A stretch of DNA of 64,000 bases, from the sequence record MH517022.1; one strand, 5' to 3'. This DNA comes from Acinetobacter phage SH-Ab 15599. Positions 1 to 9,249 of the stretch are shown piece after piece. The notes under the pieces are model-generated. The model was not told where the DNA came from, searched no databases, and saw nothing but the letters and a program-made list of their open reading frames with translations. The position numbers and the translations under genes are program-made. How positions within the stretch are numbered: the stretch's first letter is position 1; every line of letters starts with the position of its first letter.

Positions 1-1
1 A

Positions 2-520
2 CTTGAACGCCTCAAAGCGTTATTGTTCCGCATTGAGTTAGAAAACAACGCAATTGCGATTGATACTCGTCGTGGTCGTGGTAACCGTCTCTTAACTTCA
101 GCTAACGTTGCATCTGCTCTTGCGATGGCTGGTATGTTAGACTTCTCTCCTGCAATTGCTGCAAACGGTGAGTTGGACATCGACCCTACTGGTCAAACAT
201 TCTGTGGTGTGTTGGCATCTGGTCAACGTGTATACATCGATCCATTTGCTGACGTGAACTACGTAACTGTTGGTTACAAAGGCGCGACTGAATTGGATGC
301 TGGTATCTACTACGTTCCTTACACTCCGCTTGAAATGCACCGTGCTCAAGACCCTGAGACTATGCAACCGCGTATGGCATTCAAAACTCGTTATGCAGTA
401 TCTGCTAACCCGTTCTTTGCTCAAGACGCTACTGGTGCTGCGACTCCAGGCAAAGGTCTTGGTCCTCAGTCAAACGGTTACTACCGGAAATTTTTAGTGA
501 ACGGCCTCGAGATCGCATAA
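2..520 (+). CDS. major capsid protein, C-terminal part (gp23/gp24 family); the 5' end lies outside the window
   Basis: The reading frame is open from the window start and ends ...YVPYTPLEMHRAQDP...NGYYRKFLVNGLEIA. It is followed by a terminator and a GIY-YIG gene, which matches the T4 gene 23 to segD arrangement. Confidence 0.55.
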   Translation, partial: LERLKALLFRIELENNAIAIDTRRGRGNRLLTSANVASALAMAGMLDFSPAIAANGELDIDPTGQTFCGVLASGQRVYIDPFADVNYVTVGYKGATELDAGIYYVPYTPLEMHRAQDPETMQPRMAFKTRYAVSANPFFAQDATGAATPGKGLGPQSNGYYRKFLVNGLEIA

Positions 521-545
521 TATCTCGTCTCCGATTCATAGAAAG

Positions 546-572
546 AAAAAGCCCCGCAAGGGGCTTTTTCTT
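546..572 (+). terminator. rho-independent terminator, GCCCCGCAAGGGGC hairpin followed by a T-run
   Basis: The sequence is aaaaaGCCCCGCAAGGGGCtttttc. An identical copy sits at 1608-1630. Confidence 0.7.
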
Positions 573-622
573 TTGTCAATAAAATAGTATAATGAATATT
601 TTAGCAAATACAACTAATCATT

Positions 623-1609
623 ATGTCATTCTATGTTTACAAACTAACAGTTGAAGATCAAGAGTTACCATTTTATATTGGTAAAGGACAAGGCAACAGA
701 GCGTACTATCATTTCAAGAACGATTGTTTCAACAATGACTCAAATCGCCACAAAGTCAATACGATACTCAAAGCCAAGAAAGAAGGCAAAGAGATATTGG
801 TTGAGTTTGTGAAGCACAATTTGACGGAACAAGAAGCTCTTCAGTTCGAAATGGAACTCATCTCTCGTTATGGTAGAAGGGATATTGGAACTGGATGTCT
901 CACAAATATGACAAACGGCGGAGATGGGGTAAGTGGTCTAGTTCACTCTGAAGAAACAAGAAAGAAATTAAGCAATATATCTAAACAACAATTCAGTTCT
1001 CCAGAGGCGAGAGAACAACTGAGATTGTATAGCAGAAAGGCTCAACAGATAATCTGGGGAAGAGATAGACAAAAACACGTAGAAAGGGTCAAGAAGCAAG
1101 CCAAAGAGAATTATGAAAACGGCAATAAAGAAAATCTCTTAAACGGCATTAAAAACTGGGTAGAGACTAATCCAGAACAAGTGTTGGAACGTAATAAAAA
1201 GATTAAGGAAGCCATGAGTTCGGACAAGAATAGACAACTCGTAGGCGAAAGAACTAAACGCCTCTATAATGATCCAAGCTACCGTGCAGCTGTATTCCCG
1301 CCGTTCCATCGTTCACCTCGGTATTTGAAACCATCTGCGCCTGATTTAAGAGAACGTCAAATGTTATGTGCATGCCTCGGTCTGTTTTACAATTTTTGGG
1401 TTGAGAATGGTAAGAGAACATTCAGTTTCTATGAGAACCCTAACAGCGTTGGATTTGCTTTCGATAACAAGATACTGGTTCAACCAATTAAACAATTTCA
1501 AATGGGATACAACCCGTGGGATTGTGAAGAGTATGTGCAGTGGCATACGACTCAACCAGTAGATCAATATTGGAAAGAATTGAATATTACCAATAAGAGG
1601 GTAAAATAA
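623..1609 (+). CDS. GIY-YIG homing endonuclease (Seg-like, free-standing)
   Basis: The N-terminus reads YVYKL...FYIGKGQGNRAYYH, the GIY-YIG motif with a conserved Arg. The C-terminal half is basic and NUMOD-like. It is bracketed by two identical terminator hairpins. Confidence 0.8.
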   Translation: MSFYVYKLTVEDQELPFYIGKGQGNRAYYHFKNDCFNNDSNRHKVNTILKAKKEGKEILVEFVKHNLTEQEALQFEMELISRYGRRDIGTGCLTNMTNGGDGVSGLVHSEETRKKLSNISKQQFSSPEAREQLRLYSRKAQQIIWGRDRQKHVERVKKQAKENYENGNKENLLNGIKNWVETNPEQVLERNKKIKEAMSSDKNRQLVGERTKRLYNDPSYRAAVFPPFHRSPRYLKPSAPDLRERQMLCACLGLFYNFWVENGKRTFSFYENPNSVGFAFDNKILVQPIKQFQMGYNPWDCEEYVQWHTTQPVDQYWKELNITNKRVK

Positions 1610-1630
1610 AAGCCCCGCAAGGGGCTTTTT
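1608..1630 (+). terminator. rho-independent terminator, a duplicate of the 546-572 hairpin
   Basis: The sequence is aaaaGCCCCGCAAGGGGCtttttc. Confidence 0.7.
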
Positions 1631-1755
1631 CAATTCTTGATTGGAATAAACAATTAAAATATATCTTTACTTGAGAATAAAATCATACTATTATACGCTT
1701 CATACAGAACAAACTGTATAGAATCTTACATAATATCACTCTTTGGAGTATCAAA

Positions 1756-2127
1756 ATGCTTTTAACAATGGATAACATTTCTAATTTTGTATCTGAAAAT
1801 TCAGAAGTTATGAACCTTCAATCTGTCTTAGAAACATTAGGATTCCGTGGCGCAGGTAACCAAGTTGCTTTTGGTATACTTTCTAAACGAGTTATTTTTG
1901 GCGCTCAATTTTTAAAAATGATGGGCGTTAACCCGAGTAAAGCAAAATCTTTAAACCCTCAATTCAAGTTTGTTGAATGTGAATATATTGAAGAGCCACT
2001 AGATTTCTCTCAATTCCAACCTGTTGGTCGTATGGAGTCAAGCTTTACAGTATATGATATTAGCAAACTGGGTGATGTATTTGTATTGCGGGCGCAGAAC
2101 GGTTGTAAAGCAATAGTAACAATGTAA
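1756..2127 (+). CDS. hypothetical protein (123 aa)
   Basis: An ORF sitting between terminators with AGGAG-like upstream sequence. I recognise no motif. Confidence 0.45.
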   Translation: MLLTMDNISNFVSENSEVMNLQSVLETLGFRGAGNQVAFGILSKRVIFGAQFLKMMGVNPSKAKSLNPQFKFVECEYIEEPLDFSQFQPVGRMESSFTVYDISKLGDVFVLRAQNGCKAIVTM

Positions 2128-2129
2128 TA

Positions 2130-2157
2130 AAAAGCCCCTCAGGTGAGGGGCTTTTCT
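2130..2157. terminator. bidirectional terminator hairpin GCCCCTCAGGTGAGGGGC
   Basis: An A-run precedes it and a T-run follows. A near-identical copy sits at 8184-8211. Confidence 0.65.
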
Positions 2158-2166
2158 TTGTCTGGG

Positions 2167-2715
2167 CTAGACGCCGCCATATGCCTTTACGCTTACGAGT
2201 TTCACGCCACTGTTGAGATGCTTCTTCAGAATAGTCTCAATAGGTTTAGCATCAGCCTTTCCAGCCTTCTGTTGTTTACCCGCTTCTTTGAGAAGATCAT
2301 TGATAACTTTTTCATCAAAACAGAGTTCAATGTCAGCTCTCTTACCAACAGGGCGTTTGCTACCTGCATACAACTGTACCTGAACATCGGAGATATACAG
2401 AGCAAAGTCTTCATCTCCTTTTAATACAGCTAAGAACGTTCCTGCTCTCACAGTTGCTTCTGTCAGGCCATCTTCCCCTTCATCATCTTCATCCCCGTCT
2501 TTATCTTCTTGCAACTGATAAGACAACACTGAATCTGTCATCACACCGCCGTCATTGATTGCCTTTTGAATAAGACGCAATGCAGACTTATTTTGAGACT
2601 TGAACGACACAGATGATTCAGATAGATGAACCTGTACGCCGCCGCCAAAGAATTGAAGAGTCGGTTTGTTCCAACCTTTGGATTCAAGAAGGGTTTTCAT
2701 TGCAGAGTATTTCAT
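2167..2715 (-). CDS. hypothetical protein with an acidic Asp/Glu-rich linker (182 aa)
   Basis: ORF. It contains EDKDGDEDDEGEDG and has a Lys-rich C-terminus. Confidence 0.45.
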   Translation of the reverse strand: MKYSAMKTLLESKGWNKPTLQFFGGGVQVHLSESSVSFKSQNKSALRLIQKAINDGGVMTDSVLSYQLQEDKDGDEDDEGEDGLTEATVRAGTFLAVLKGDEDFALYISDVQVQLYAGSKRPVGKRADIELCFDEKVINDLLKEAGKQQKAGKADAKPIETILKKHLNSGVKLVSVKAYGGV

Positions 2716-2814
2716 TGCATTTCTCCTTAGAAATAATGATTACTTAAAAGACTTTACTTTCAAATTGAAATATATTATATTTAATTCTCTCAATAACGCT
2801 CAACGGAGCTTGAT

Positions 2815-3147
2815 ATGAAAATCTCATTAGAGACTAACCAAAGATTCGATCTATCATTAAAATCGCCTCTTAATATTACAACCGATCTCCTAGAGGCAAT
2901 CAAAGCTGAGAAATGTAAATTCATTGATATAGAAGTAGAAAAGAAAGTCATAGATGTTCAATATCGTACCAAAACTGGTATCTTTCTGGGTGTTATGATT
3001 ATTAAAAAATCAAATGGCGGTATTGAATTGATCATAGATAATGACGGAGAAAAGATTAAGAACCTACACAACCTTACACATGAAGAGCTATTAGCAGAAC
3101 TTGAGACATTGCCTATCGCCAGATATGTTTATCTCGGTACACTATAA
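2815..3147 (+). CDS. hypothetical protein (110 aa)
   Basis: An ORF with GGAG upstream. Confidence 0.4.
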   Translation: MKISLETNQRFDLSLKSPLNITTDLLEAIKAEKCKFIDIEVEKKVIDVQYRTKTGIFLGVMIIKKSNGGIELIIDNDGEKIKNLHNLTHEELLAELETLPIARYVYLGTL

Positions 3148-3158
3148 AAGAAAGGAGC

Positions 3159-3341
3159 TTAATGCTCCTTTTTCTTTCCAACAACTATCATAACAGTGCG
3201 CCGATATCCGGTGGTATAATCTTTAACCGATTTTGGTTTTCCATTCCACTTATACCATCCACCACCTTTGATATCATTCAGATCAGTACCTTTTGCAACT
3301 TCAGTCGTATTCATTTCTTTCTCCGCTTCGTCTTTGTTCAT
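3159..3341 (-). CDS. small hypothetical protein (60 aa)
   Basis: ORF. Its start codon lies inside a repeated intergenic element (see findings). Confidence 0.3.
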   Translation of the reverse strand: MNKDEAEKEMNTTEVAKGTDLNDIKGGGWYKWNGKPKSVKDYTTGYRRTVMIVVGKKKEH

Positions 3342-3436
3342 GATCAGTATATCCTAAATTCCATAAAAATTGCTCTGATATATACAGAGCAATTTGACTG
3401 TATTTTATATGTCCCACACGGTAGGCTGAGACATAG

Positions 3437-3994
3437 TTAATTCTCTGTATCTACTGGCTTGCAAAGATATGTATCGGGATACTCTTGCACAGAGTTTATA
3501 TCCATAGCATATTTCGCAGGGCGTTGACCAAGAATTTTGAGTGGAGGCGCATTCCCAGATTCACTAATACACTCTCCAAACTGATTATACATTCGCATTT
3601 GCTCAGTTGGATCTTCAAATACAACAACGTATTCATTTGTACGGAAAGATTGGACTTTCGAAACAATTAAGGTCTTTCTGTTCTTCTGAATGATCTGTTG
3701 TCCATCTTGAAGTTTATCCATGTCAACCATCTTCCAGCCCATATCATATCCTTGTATAGTGAAGATATTCAAGGCAGGTATGTCCATAGCAACTTTACCG
3801 CGTTCATCTACAATGATTCTGAACGAAGTTTGGTCATCTTTGGTATTCTCCCCATTATAGAGAACCAACTTCAAATCATAGAGGGCGTAAGTGTCTTTGA
3901 CATTATTAGTCTTGTTTCTTTCCTTAACAAGATAGATTCCAGCATCTGTGGACACTGTAGTTACATTGGGAACGAAATCAGCTACATTAACCAT
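3437..3994 (-). CDS. hypothetical protein, tandem paralog 1 (185 aa)
   Basis: It shares DFVPN(V/L)T...IYL(V/I)KE...Y(V/I)VFED motifs with the adjacent 3987-4544 ORF. Confidence 0.5.
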   Translation of the reverse strand: MVNVADFVPNVTTVSTDAGIYLVKERNKTNNVKDTYALYDLKLVLYNGENTKDDQTSFRIIVDERGKVAMDIPALNIFTIQGYDMGWKMVDMDKLQDGQQIIQKNRKTLIVSKVQSFRTNEYVVVFEDPTEQMRMYNQFGECISESGNAPPLKILGQRPAKYAMDINSVQEYPDTYLCKPVDTEN

Positions 3995-4544
3995 TGTTAT
4001 ACACAGCTCCTATAATAGTGAAAGGGTCAACTGTTCCTGCTGCGGTGCTTCGTAATGTACGAGCATCCTTATCATAAGACATGATGACCATATTTTCATC
4101 TTCAAATACAATATAATACACATAACCCATCTTTTGAGTTAAGTCCTTTTGAATGCGAGCAATTGTATGTTCTTGACCACAATACATTTTGACTGTATCG
4201 CCGATCTGAAGTTTATTGATATTAACTTTACGCCAAGAAGTAATTTCGCTTTCGATGTTATGCGTTTCTGAGAATTCATAAATTGCCGGAATAGAACCGC
4301 CGACGTAGAATGGTAGTTGAATATCAATATCTTGAAAGGATTCGTTTTCCATTCTTACCAAATACAACTTACCTGAAGTCCAGTTGACGCTTATTCCTTC
4401 AACTTCTTTTATTAGGTAGATGTGTCCATTTTTCAATTTGACTCGTGTCAAATTCGGTACAAAATCTTCAACAGAAATCCGTTCACTTGCATCATTCTTC
4501 ATACTATTGTAAATTGGGGTATCAACTTTCATTTCAGTTCTCAA
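3987..4544 (-). CDS. hypothetical protein, tandem paralog 2 (185 aa)
   Basis: Paralog of the 3437-3994 ORF, same length and motifs. Confidence 0.5.
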   Translation of the reverse strand: MRTEMKVDTPIYNSMKNDASERISVEDFVPNLTRVKLKNGHIYLIKEVEGISVNWTSGKLYLVRMENESFQDIDIQLPFYVGGSIPAIYEFSETHNIESEITSWRKVNINKLQIGDTVKMYCGQEHTIARIQKDLTQKMGYVYYIVFEDENMVIMSYDKDARTLRSTAAGTVDPFTIIGAVYNNG

Positions 4545-4822
4545 TATAGGTGTTCAGAATAAAGAGTACCAACACACTTGTCTTGGTCTCGTATGATTTG
4601 ATTTGCTGCTAGAGCTATTGTCCAAGCCTCTTCTCGCTCCACAAACCGCTTTTTGTTAGTGAGGAACCCTTGAGTCCAAAGATGATAATTCTCAACTTCT
4701 GGATCAAAGATTTCATCAGCAATGCGAAAGAATATTTCATCTCCGTGTCTGATAGACGGTATTACGTGACCAGACGGAGATTTGGCCGCAGCCATTACAA
4801 TACGTTCATTCATACTATTCAT
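4541..4822 (-). CDS. hypothetical protein (93 aa)
   Basis: An ORF whose start overlaps the neighbouring gene. Confidence 0.4.
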   Translation of the reverse strand: MNSMNERIVMAAAKSPSGHVIPSIRHGDEIFFRIADEIFDPEVENYHLWTQGFLTNKKRFVEREEAWTIALAANQIIRDQDKCVGTLYSEHLY

Positions 4823-5054
4823 TCACAGTTAATTCACAAGATTCAACTGGGAATATCTTGATAGCATGTTTGGTTCTGATTTCTATGACGCGAACGCTAG
4901 TAAATTCAAAATTACCCTTTGGACCAGTGAATGTATACACTTTACCGTCAACTGGAGACTTACAACGAGCTGTAATTGTAGCCTTGCTATTGTAGACAAA
5001 TGCTGTAGATGACATTGATACAAGCAATAAAGCCGCGATTAAAATTGTTTTCAT
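4815..5054 (-). CDS. small secreted protein with an N-terminal signal peptide (79 aa)
   Basis: MKTILIAALLLVSMSSTAFV is a hydrophobic leader. It has two Cys. Confidence 0.45.
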   Translation of the reverse strand: MKTILIAALLLVSMSSTAFVYNSKATITARCKSPVDGKVYTFTGPKGNFEFTSVRVIEIRTKHAIKIFPVESCELTVNE

Positions 5055-5482
5055 TCTGAATCTTCTCCAGTAATTTGTTTAAATGTGAATTTCATTTCAA
5101 CGTGATCCGTTTCAGCAGTGTATTCACCTCTCGGTTCATAATCGAACCCGTAAGAAAATTCACGGATTCCTTCAAATCCAAAGTGGAATGATTCATGAGG
5201 GAAGTCGTCTGGATTATCAATTTTGTAAACCAGAGATGTATCCATGAAGACTTCTACATCAGCGATCATCTTCTTGTCCGCAAGAGTTAAACCAATTGCC
5301 AAACGGTCTTCAACATCGAGTTTAACGTCTAAAGACTGACGGAACTCTCCTTCGTTTACATTCAGCAGAATGGTACCAGTCTCGAACCAGTATTGGCAAG
5401 AGAATGTTTTCAATTCCAATACCAATTTCTGGTTATGAGTCATAATATGATTCTGGTTTATTTCAATAAAAATTTGTTCCAT
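5051..5482 (-). CDS. hypothetical protein (143 aa)
   Basis: ORF in a run of overlapping minus-strand genes. Confidence 0.45.
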   Translation of the reverse strand: MEQIFIEINQNHIMTHNQKLVLELKTFSCQYWFETGTILLNVNEGEFRQSLDVKLDVEDRLAIGLTLADKKMIADVEVFMDTSLVYKIDNPDDFPHESFHFGFEGIREFSYGFDYEPRGEYTAETDHVEMKFTFKQITGEDSE

Positions 5483-5577
5483 GAGACATCTCTCCCTCGC
5501 TGGGATTATACCAATAACAATGGTTGTTTATACAGGATAGAGTTATTATATTATGAAAAGGGAAATTGAATTATTTT

Positions 5578-5988
5578 TCAATTTCCCTTGTTTTGACTAG
5601 AGAAAGATAGGTTTGAAAGGTCTTGGTTTTTATTCCCTATAACTTCCCCATTCAAGGAAAGACCTCCAGAAGCAACTTTTGCCATGGATTCAAAGACCAC
5701 CATTTGAGCTTTGGTTAGCATGGCACTTTGTTCAGAGATATTTCCTTCACAATCCAACTTAATGCCACAAACAACCTTATCCTTTTGTTTTACCAAGAAG
5801 AAATTTGTTTTCATTATGGTTGTATATGTAAATTTCTTATAATGGAATTCCAAAGTACCTGTATCCATATACTCTAGGATTAAATCAGTTGGTACAACTT
5901 CTCCGTCAATAACCATTTGGAGATTTTGGTTGAGAGTTATAACTCTATTTTCAACTACAATAGCTGGTACGCCATAGAAATTAAGCAC
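5578..5988 (-). CDS. hypothetical protein (136 aa)
   Basis: ORF. Confidence 0.4.
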   Translation of the reverse strand: MLNFYGVPAIVVENRVITLNQNLQMVIDGEVVPTDLILEYMDTGTLEFHYKKFTYTTIMKTNFFLVKQKDKVVCGIKLDCEGNISEQSAMLTKAQMVVFESMAKVASGGLSLNGEVIGNKNQDLSNLSFSSQNKGN

Positions 5989-6424
5989 TTTGTGCCTCCT
6001 TATATTCTAAAAATTCTTTGAGACGTTTATTACTGTATATGTTGAAATCAATCTCTGAGAAATCAACAGTACACAATAATTCAATGTCTTTAGCTTTTAC
6101 ATTTGAAAGAACGACCTGTACTTGAAAGTCGTCATCGGATTTGATAGACGAGTATTCAGGATCATCCATTGTTTGGTAATCAGAGATATCAACCAACAAG
6201 ATTGCTATCTCATCATATTTGAATATTTCAGGGTATGTGTCAGATATCAATAGTTGAACCCAGTCGTCTGAAACGTAATGACCTAGTGGATCATGGTTAT
6301 CGGATGTATTTGGAACGGCGTGGAGGATAAGTCCAAACTGTAATATACTGTCCAAATTTTCTAACGGGGTTATATGATACCAACTCACATTTATTCTCCC
6401 TTGAAGTATTTCAACATCAAACAA
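5981..6424 (-). CDS. hypothetical protein (147 aa)
   Basis: An ORF overlapping its neighbours by a few bases. Confidence 0.4.
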   Translation of the reverse strand: MFDVEILQGRINVSWYHITPLENLDSILQFGLILHAVPNTSDNHDPLGHYVSDDWVQLLISDTYPEIFKYDEIAILLVDISDYQTMDDPEYSSIKSDDDFQVQVVLSNVKAKDIELLCTVDFSEIDFNIYSNKRLKEFLEYKEAQSA

Positions 6425-7185
6425 TATTTGTAAATGTCTGTATAACGATATGGACCATTTACTTCTAATTTGTCAGATAACAAATTAGTCTTCTCCCTCT
6501 TTTGAACAGTTTCGTTTACAAACTTCATGATTGGTTCTATTGTATCTTGACCGTTCAAATCTGTTTCGTCAAGACCCAAGAGCTTATCAATTTTATGATA
6601 ACCAATTTCTGTTGGTTCTTTCTTAGACCCCTTTACAAAGAACAAAATTATGTTGATAACTGTACAAAAGAATACAAGAAACCAAAAGCCATGAACCCAA
6701 GTAGGTTCTTCCGCTGTATTACGCAACATAATAAGAATTGGCCAGACGATAGCCGTGTACCACATCCAGATGTAATTGCGAGAGACGTATTTTTGAGCAT
6801 ATTCAGAATATTCAACCCAGATGTTTGGATCGTTGAATCTCACTTTCAGTTCATCTGTATTTGGATTGGAGTTGACTAGACCTAGGATGAATACAATCAT
6901 TTCTGTCGGATCAGTGGCGTCTTCCAAACTAACAATAGACTTGGAACCCAAGAAATCGTCTATTTCTTGACGCTTTTTCAGAGCTTGTATAACAGAATCT
7001 GGGGCGCAGACAAGACCGTTCAGGAGTATAGTCTTCTCCACTAGCTCTCCTAGAAGCTTAGACATATTACCGTGGTTCATTTCAACGCAACGGCGAAATG
7101 AAGCTGCCGCGCGATTTTGTAAAGCTTTCATATCCGTATTAGTTATGAATATGTTTGGTAAACCAAAAGTTTTATTGTTACTCAT
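6391..7185 (-). CDS. membrane protein with a soluble N-domain and 2-3 transmembrane helices (264 aa)
   Basis: Hydrophobic stretches WMWYTAIVWPILIML and FWFLVFFCTVINIILFFV. Confidence 0.45.
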   Translation of the reverse strand: MSNNKTFGLPNIFITNTDMKALQNRAAASFRRCVEMNHGNMSKLLGELVEKTILLNGLVCAPDSVIQALKKRQEIDDFLGSKSIVSLEDATDPTEMIVFILGLVNSNPNTDELKVRFNDPNIWVEYSEYAQKYVSRNYIWMWYTAIVWPILIMLRNTAEEPTWVHGFWFLVFFCTVINIILFFVKGSKKEPTEIGYHKIDKLLGLDETDLNGQDTIEPIMKFVNETVQKREKTNLLSDKLEVNGPYRYTDIYKYCLMLKYFKGE

Positions 7186-7721
7186 GAGCGTCTCACCAAG
7201 AATGCACCTTTGTTACCAACAGTTTCAACGTCATGCGGGTAAATGGTTTTAAACCATTTGTTTTCTGGAATTGGAACGCCGCCTGTAACACAACCTTCAA
7301 CGCGCACATTCTCTACAAATGAACCGTCAGGGAGATATGTAGGTTTATTGGCGAAATAGATTTGTTTACCGTCAGCTTGTACAGCTAGGAATCTGTAACG
7401 CTTACTTGGAGCGTATCTGAACAAGTCTCTATCCCATTCAGGTTCTGGCGGTTGTTCTATTTCAATTTGACAGATATGACTAATAGGAATGATATGATCT
7501 GGAAAATCTTCTTCAGGCTTGTTAGGGGTTGGAGAGTATTTCCAAGCGCCCTTTTCATAAAGCAGATGAAGAACCTGACTACAAGAACCTAGACAGATGT
7601 AATGACCTTCGTCAATTTCATCTTCTGGTGAATATTCTTTGAATAGAAGCATTTTACCCTCGTTAGGAGTTAGCAATTTAATGGAATTATAATGTAATAG
7701 AGGTCTATAGACAAAAATCAA
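7182..7721 (-). CDS. hypothetical protein (179 aa)
   Basis: ORF. Confidence 0.45.
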   Translation of the reverse strand: MIFVYRPLLHYNSIKLLTPNEGKMLLFKEYSPEDEIDEGHYICLGSCSQVLHLLYEKGAWKYSPTPNKPEEDFPDHIIPISHICQIEIEQPPEPEWDRDLFRYAPSKRYRFLAVQADGKQIYFANKPTYLPDGSFVENVRVEGCVTGGVPIPENKWFKTIYPHDVETVGNKGAFLVRRS

Positions 7722-7810
7722 ATATTGCCCACTTTACTTGTTTGATTTTTACCATTATACTATATCTGTACCAACAACGGTACGTTTGCTAACTCTCAAC
7801 GGAGATTATA

Positions 7811-8182
7811 ATGATTACTTTCAAGTGCGTGCGTCAACCCCAAGTCGTTCTTCATGAACCAGTTGACTCGTTAAATTTATTTGATAAAATTACATTTGAT
7901 TGTTATTTTGTAAATGAATTTCTAAAGAACAATGAATACAATTTAGAAGTATCAATGACTGAGAACCTCAAATATGTATCTTTCTTCGTAAGAAACAAGA
8001 TCAACTTTGATGGTATGTCTATCAAATTAGAAGGAGACAGAGTGATCTGCAAACACGTATATCTGAAAACCAATTACAATTTCTCAAGAGAAGGTTTTTA
8101 TGAATTCATGCAACAAGAAGGTATAAAGAGTGGAGCTGGGTATTTTGAGATTGTCTCTGATCTGATAAGAGCAATCAAATAA
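7811..8182 (+). CDS. hypothetical protein (123 aa)
   Basis: An ORF with GGAG 8 nt upstream. Confidence 0.45.
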   Translation: MITFKCVRQPQVVLHEPVDSLNLFDKITFDCYFVNEFLKNNEYNLEVSMTENLKYVSFFVRNKINFDGMSIKLEGDRVICKHVYLKTNYNFSREGFYEFMQQEGIKSGAGYFEIVSDLIRAIK

Positions 8183-8183
8183 A

Positions 8184-8211
8184 AGAAGCCCCTCAAGTGA
8201 GGGGCTTTTCT
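8184..8211. terminator. bidirectional terminator hairpin GCCCCTCAAGTGAGGGGC
   Basis: A near-identical copy of the 2130-2157 hairpin, with an A-run before and a T-run after. Confidence 0.65.
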
Positions 8212-9249
8212 TTAGAAGTCTATTCTAAATTTGTTCCGCTGTAATCCACTCTTAATCAGATCACTGTCGACAATACTCAACTGTCTTGCGCCTCTCTCAT
8301 TTGAATACTCAAACGGAGTTCTTGGTAGTTGTCCAACCTTCATTAAAAAGTCCAATACATAAGAATAAGATTCGATATTCAATGTATGAGCCTTTTCATT
8401 AACCAACTTGTGGAATACAGTTGGACACTCTCTCATTACGGCGCATAAAACGGAATGAGACACGACCGTAAGATCATTGCGTTGTCTAGGAGACCAGTTA
8501 ATACTATTCAACCAAGCATTGAAATCTTTGAATAGTTTTGTCTCTTGACGTTTATCTTGAGATTTGAAATCAAATACGTCTTTACGACAGTATGGAGAAT
8601 GGTATAACCATCTGAAGAAATCGGAGTGATTATTGAATGAATTGTCTACATCATAATAAGGTAAATGTTCGAGTTCAAAAATATTCAAGAACTGATACCA
8701 GTTGTTCAGGATGAGAGTTTCATGTTTCTTACCAGCTGTGGTGAATGTATAATATAAGCCGTCTGGTTTCAAAGATAGATTATATTTTTCAACCATACGT
8801 TGAAGAATTTGAGAAGCCATTCCATATGAATAGAAGCAACGAGCAAAGTTAATCTCAGACTCATTGAAGAACTGAGCGTCCACGCTGTACATTCTACCAG
8901 ATTGAGCGTTCATCTTTACTAGCATACACTGCTCATTAATGAATTGAACATATTGATTTTCACGCCCTTGAATTCTGTCATTATCTTTCATGAAGTCTTC
9001 AATTGGACTACGCCATAGAGTCATATCTGGATTATCTGAATGACTATATGCACAGGCCGTTAACAACTTCATTTTATTACGGCCTTTATCTATAATGAAA
9101 CAATCAACGTCGCCGTGGTCTTCCTTCTCTACGAAGTTGCGAGGGAACATGATTTCAGTATAACCAAATAAGTCTTTGAACATACGTTCGACTTTACGAA
9201 GCTCGGCTGTAGAGAGTCTTTCTAGACCAACAAATGCTTTACCGCCCAT
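8212..9249 (-). CDS. uncharacterised protein with a possible Pol-beta-type nucleotidyltransferase fold (345 aa)
   Basis: The N-terminal ...FGYTEIMFPRNFVEKEDHGDVDCFII resembles a G(x)n-DxD nucleotidyltransferase motif only weakly. The rest of the protein has no recognisable motif. Confidence 0.35.
   Translation of the reverse strand: MGGKAFVGLERLSTAELRKVERMFKDLFGYTEIMFPRNFVEKEDHGDVDCFIIDKGRNKMKLLTACAYSHSDNPDMTLWRSPIEDFMKDNDRIQGRENQYVQFINEQCMLVKMNAQSGRMYSVDAQFFNESEINFARCFYSYGMASQILQRMVEKYNLSLKPDGLYYTFTTAGKKHETLILNNWYQFLNIFELEHLPYYDVDNSFNNHSDFFRWLYHSPYCRKDVFDFKSQDKRQETKLFKDFNAWLNSINWSPRQRNDLTVVSHSVLCAVMRECPTVFHKLVNEKAHTLNIESYSYVLDFLMKVGQLPRTPFEYSNERGARQLSIVDSDLIKSGLQRNKFRIDF

Noticed and set aside
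137-497. Antisense and alternate-frame ORFs (137-424 minus, 270-497 plus) inside the capsid gene
   Set aside because: They lie embedded in a well-supported capsid coding frame, have no RBS and are low-complexity. They look like typical spurious frames.
566-600. A sigma70-like promoter upstream of the GIY-YIG gene (TTGTCA ... TATAAT)
   Set aside because: The spacer between the two hexamers is only ~9 nt, so it is not a functional -35/-10 pair. At most a -10-like box is present.
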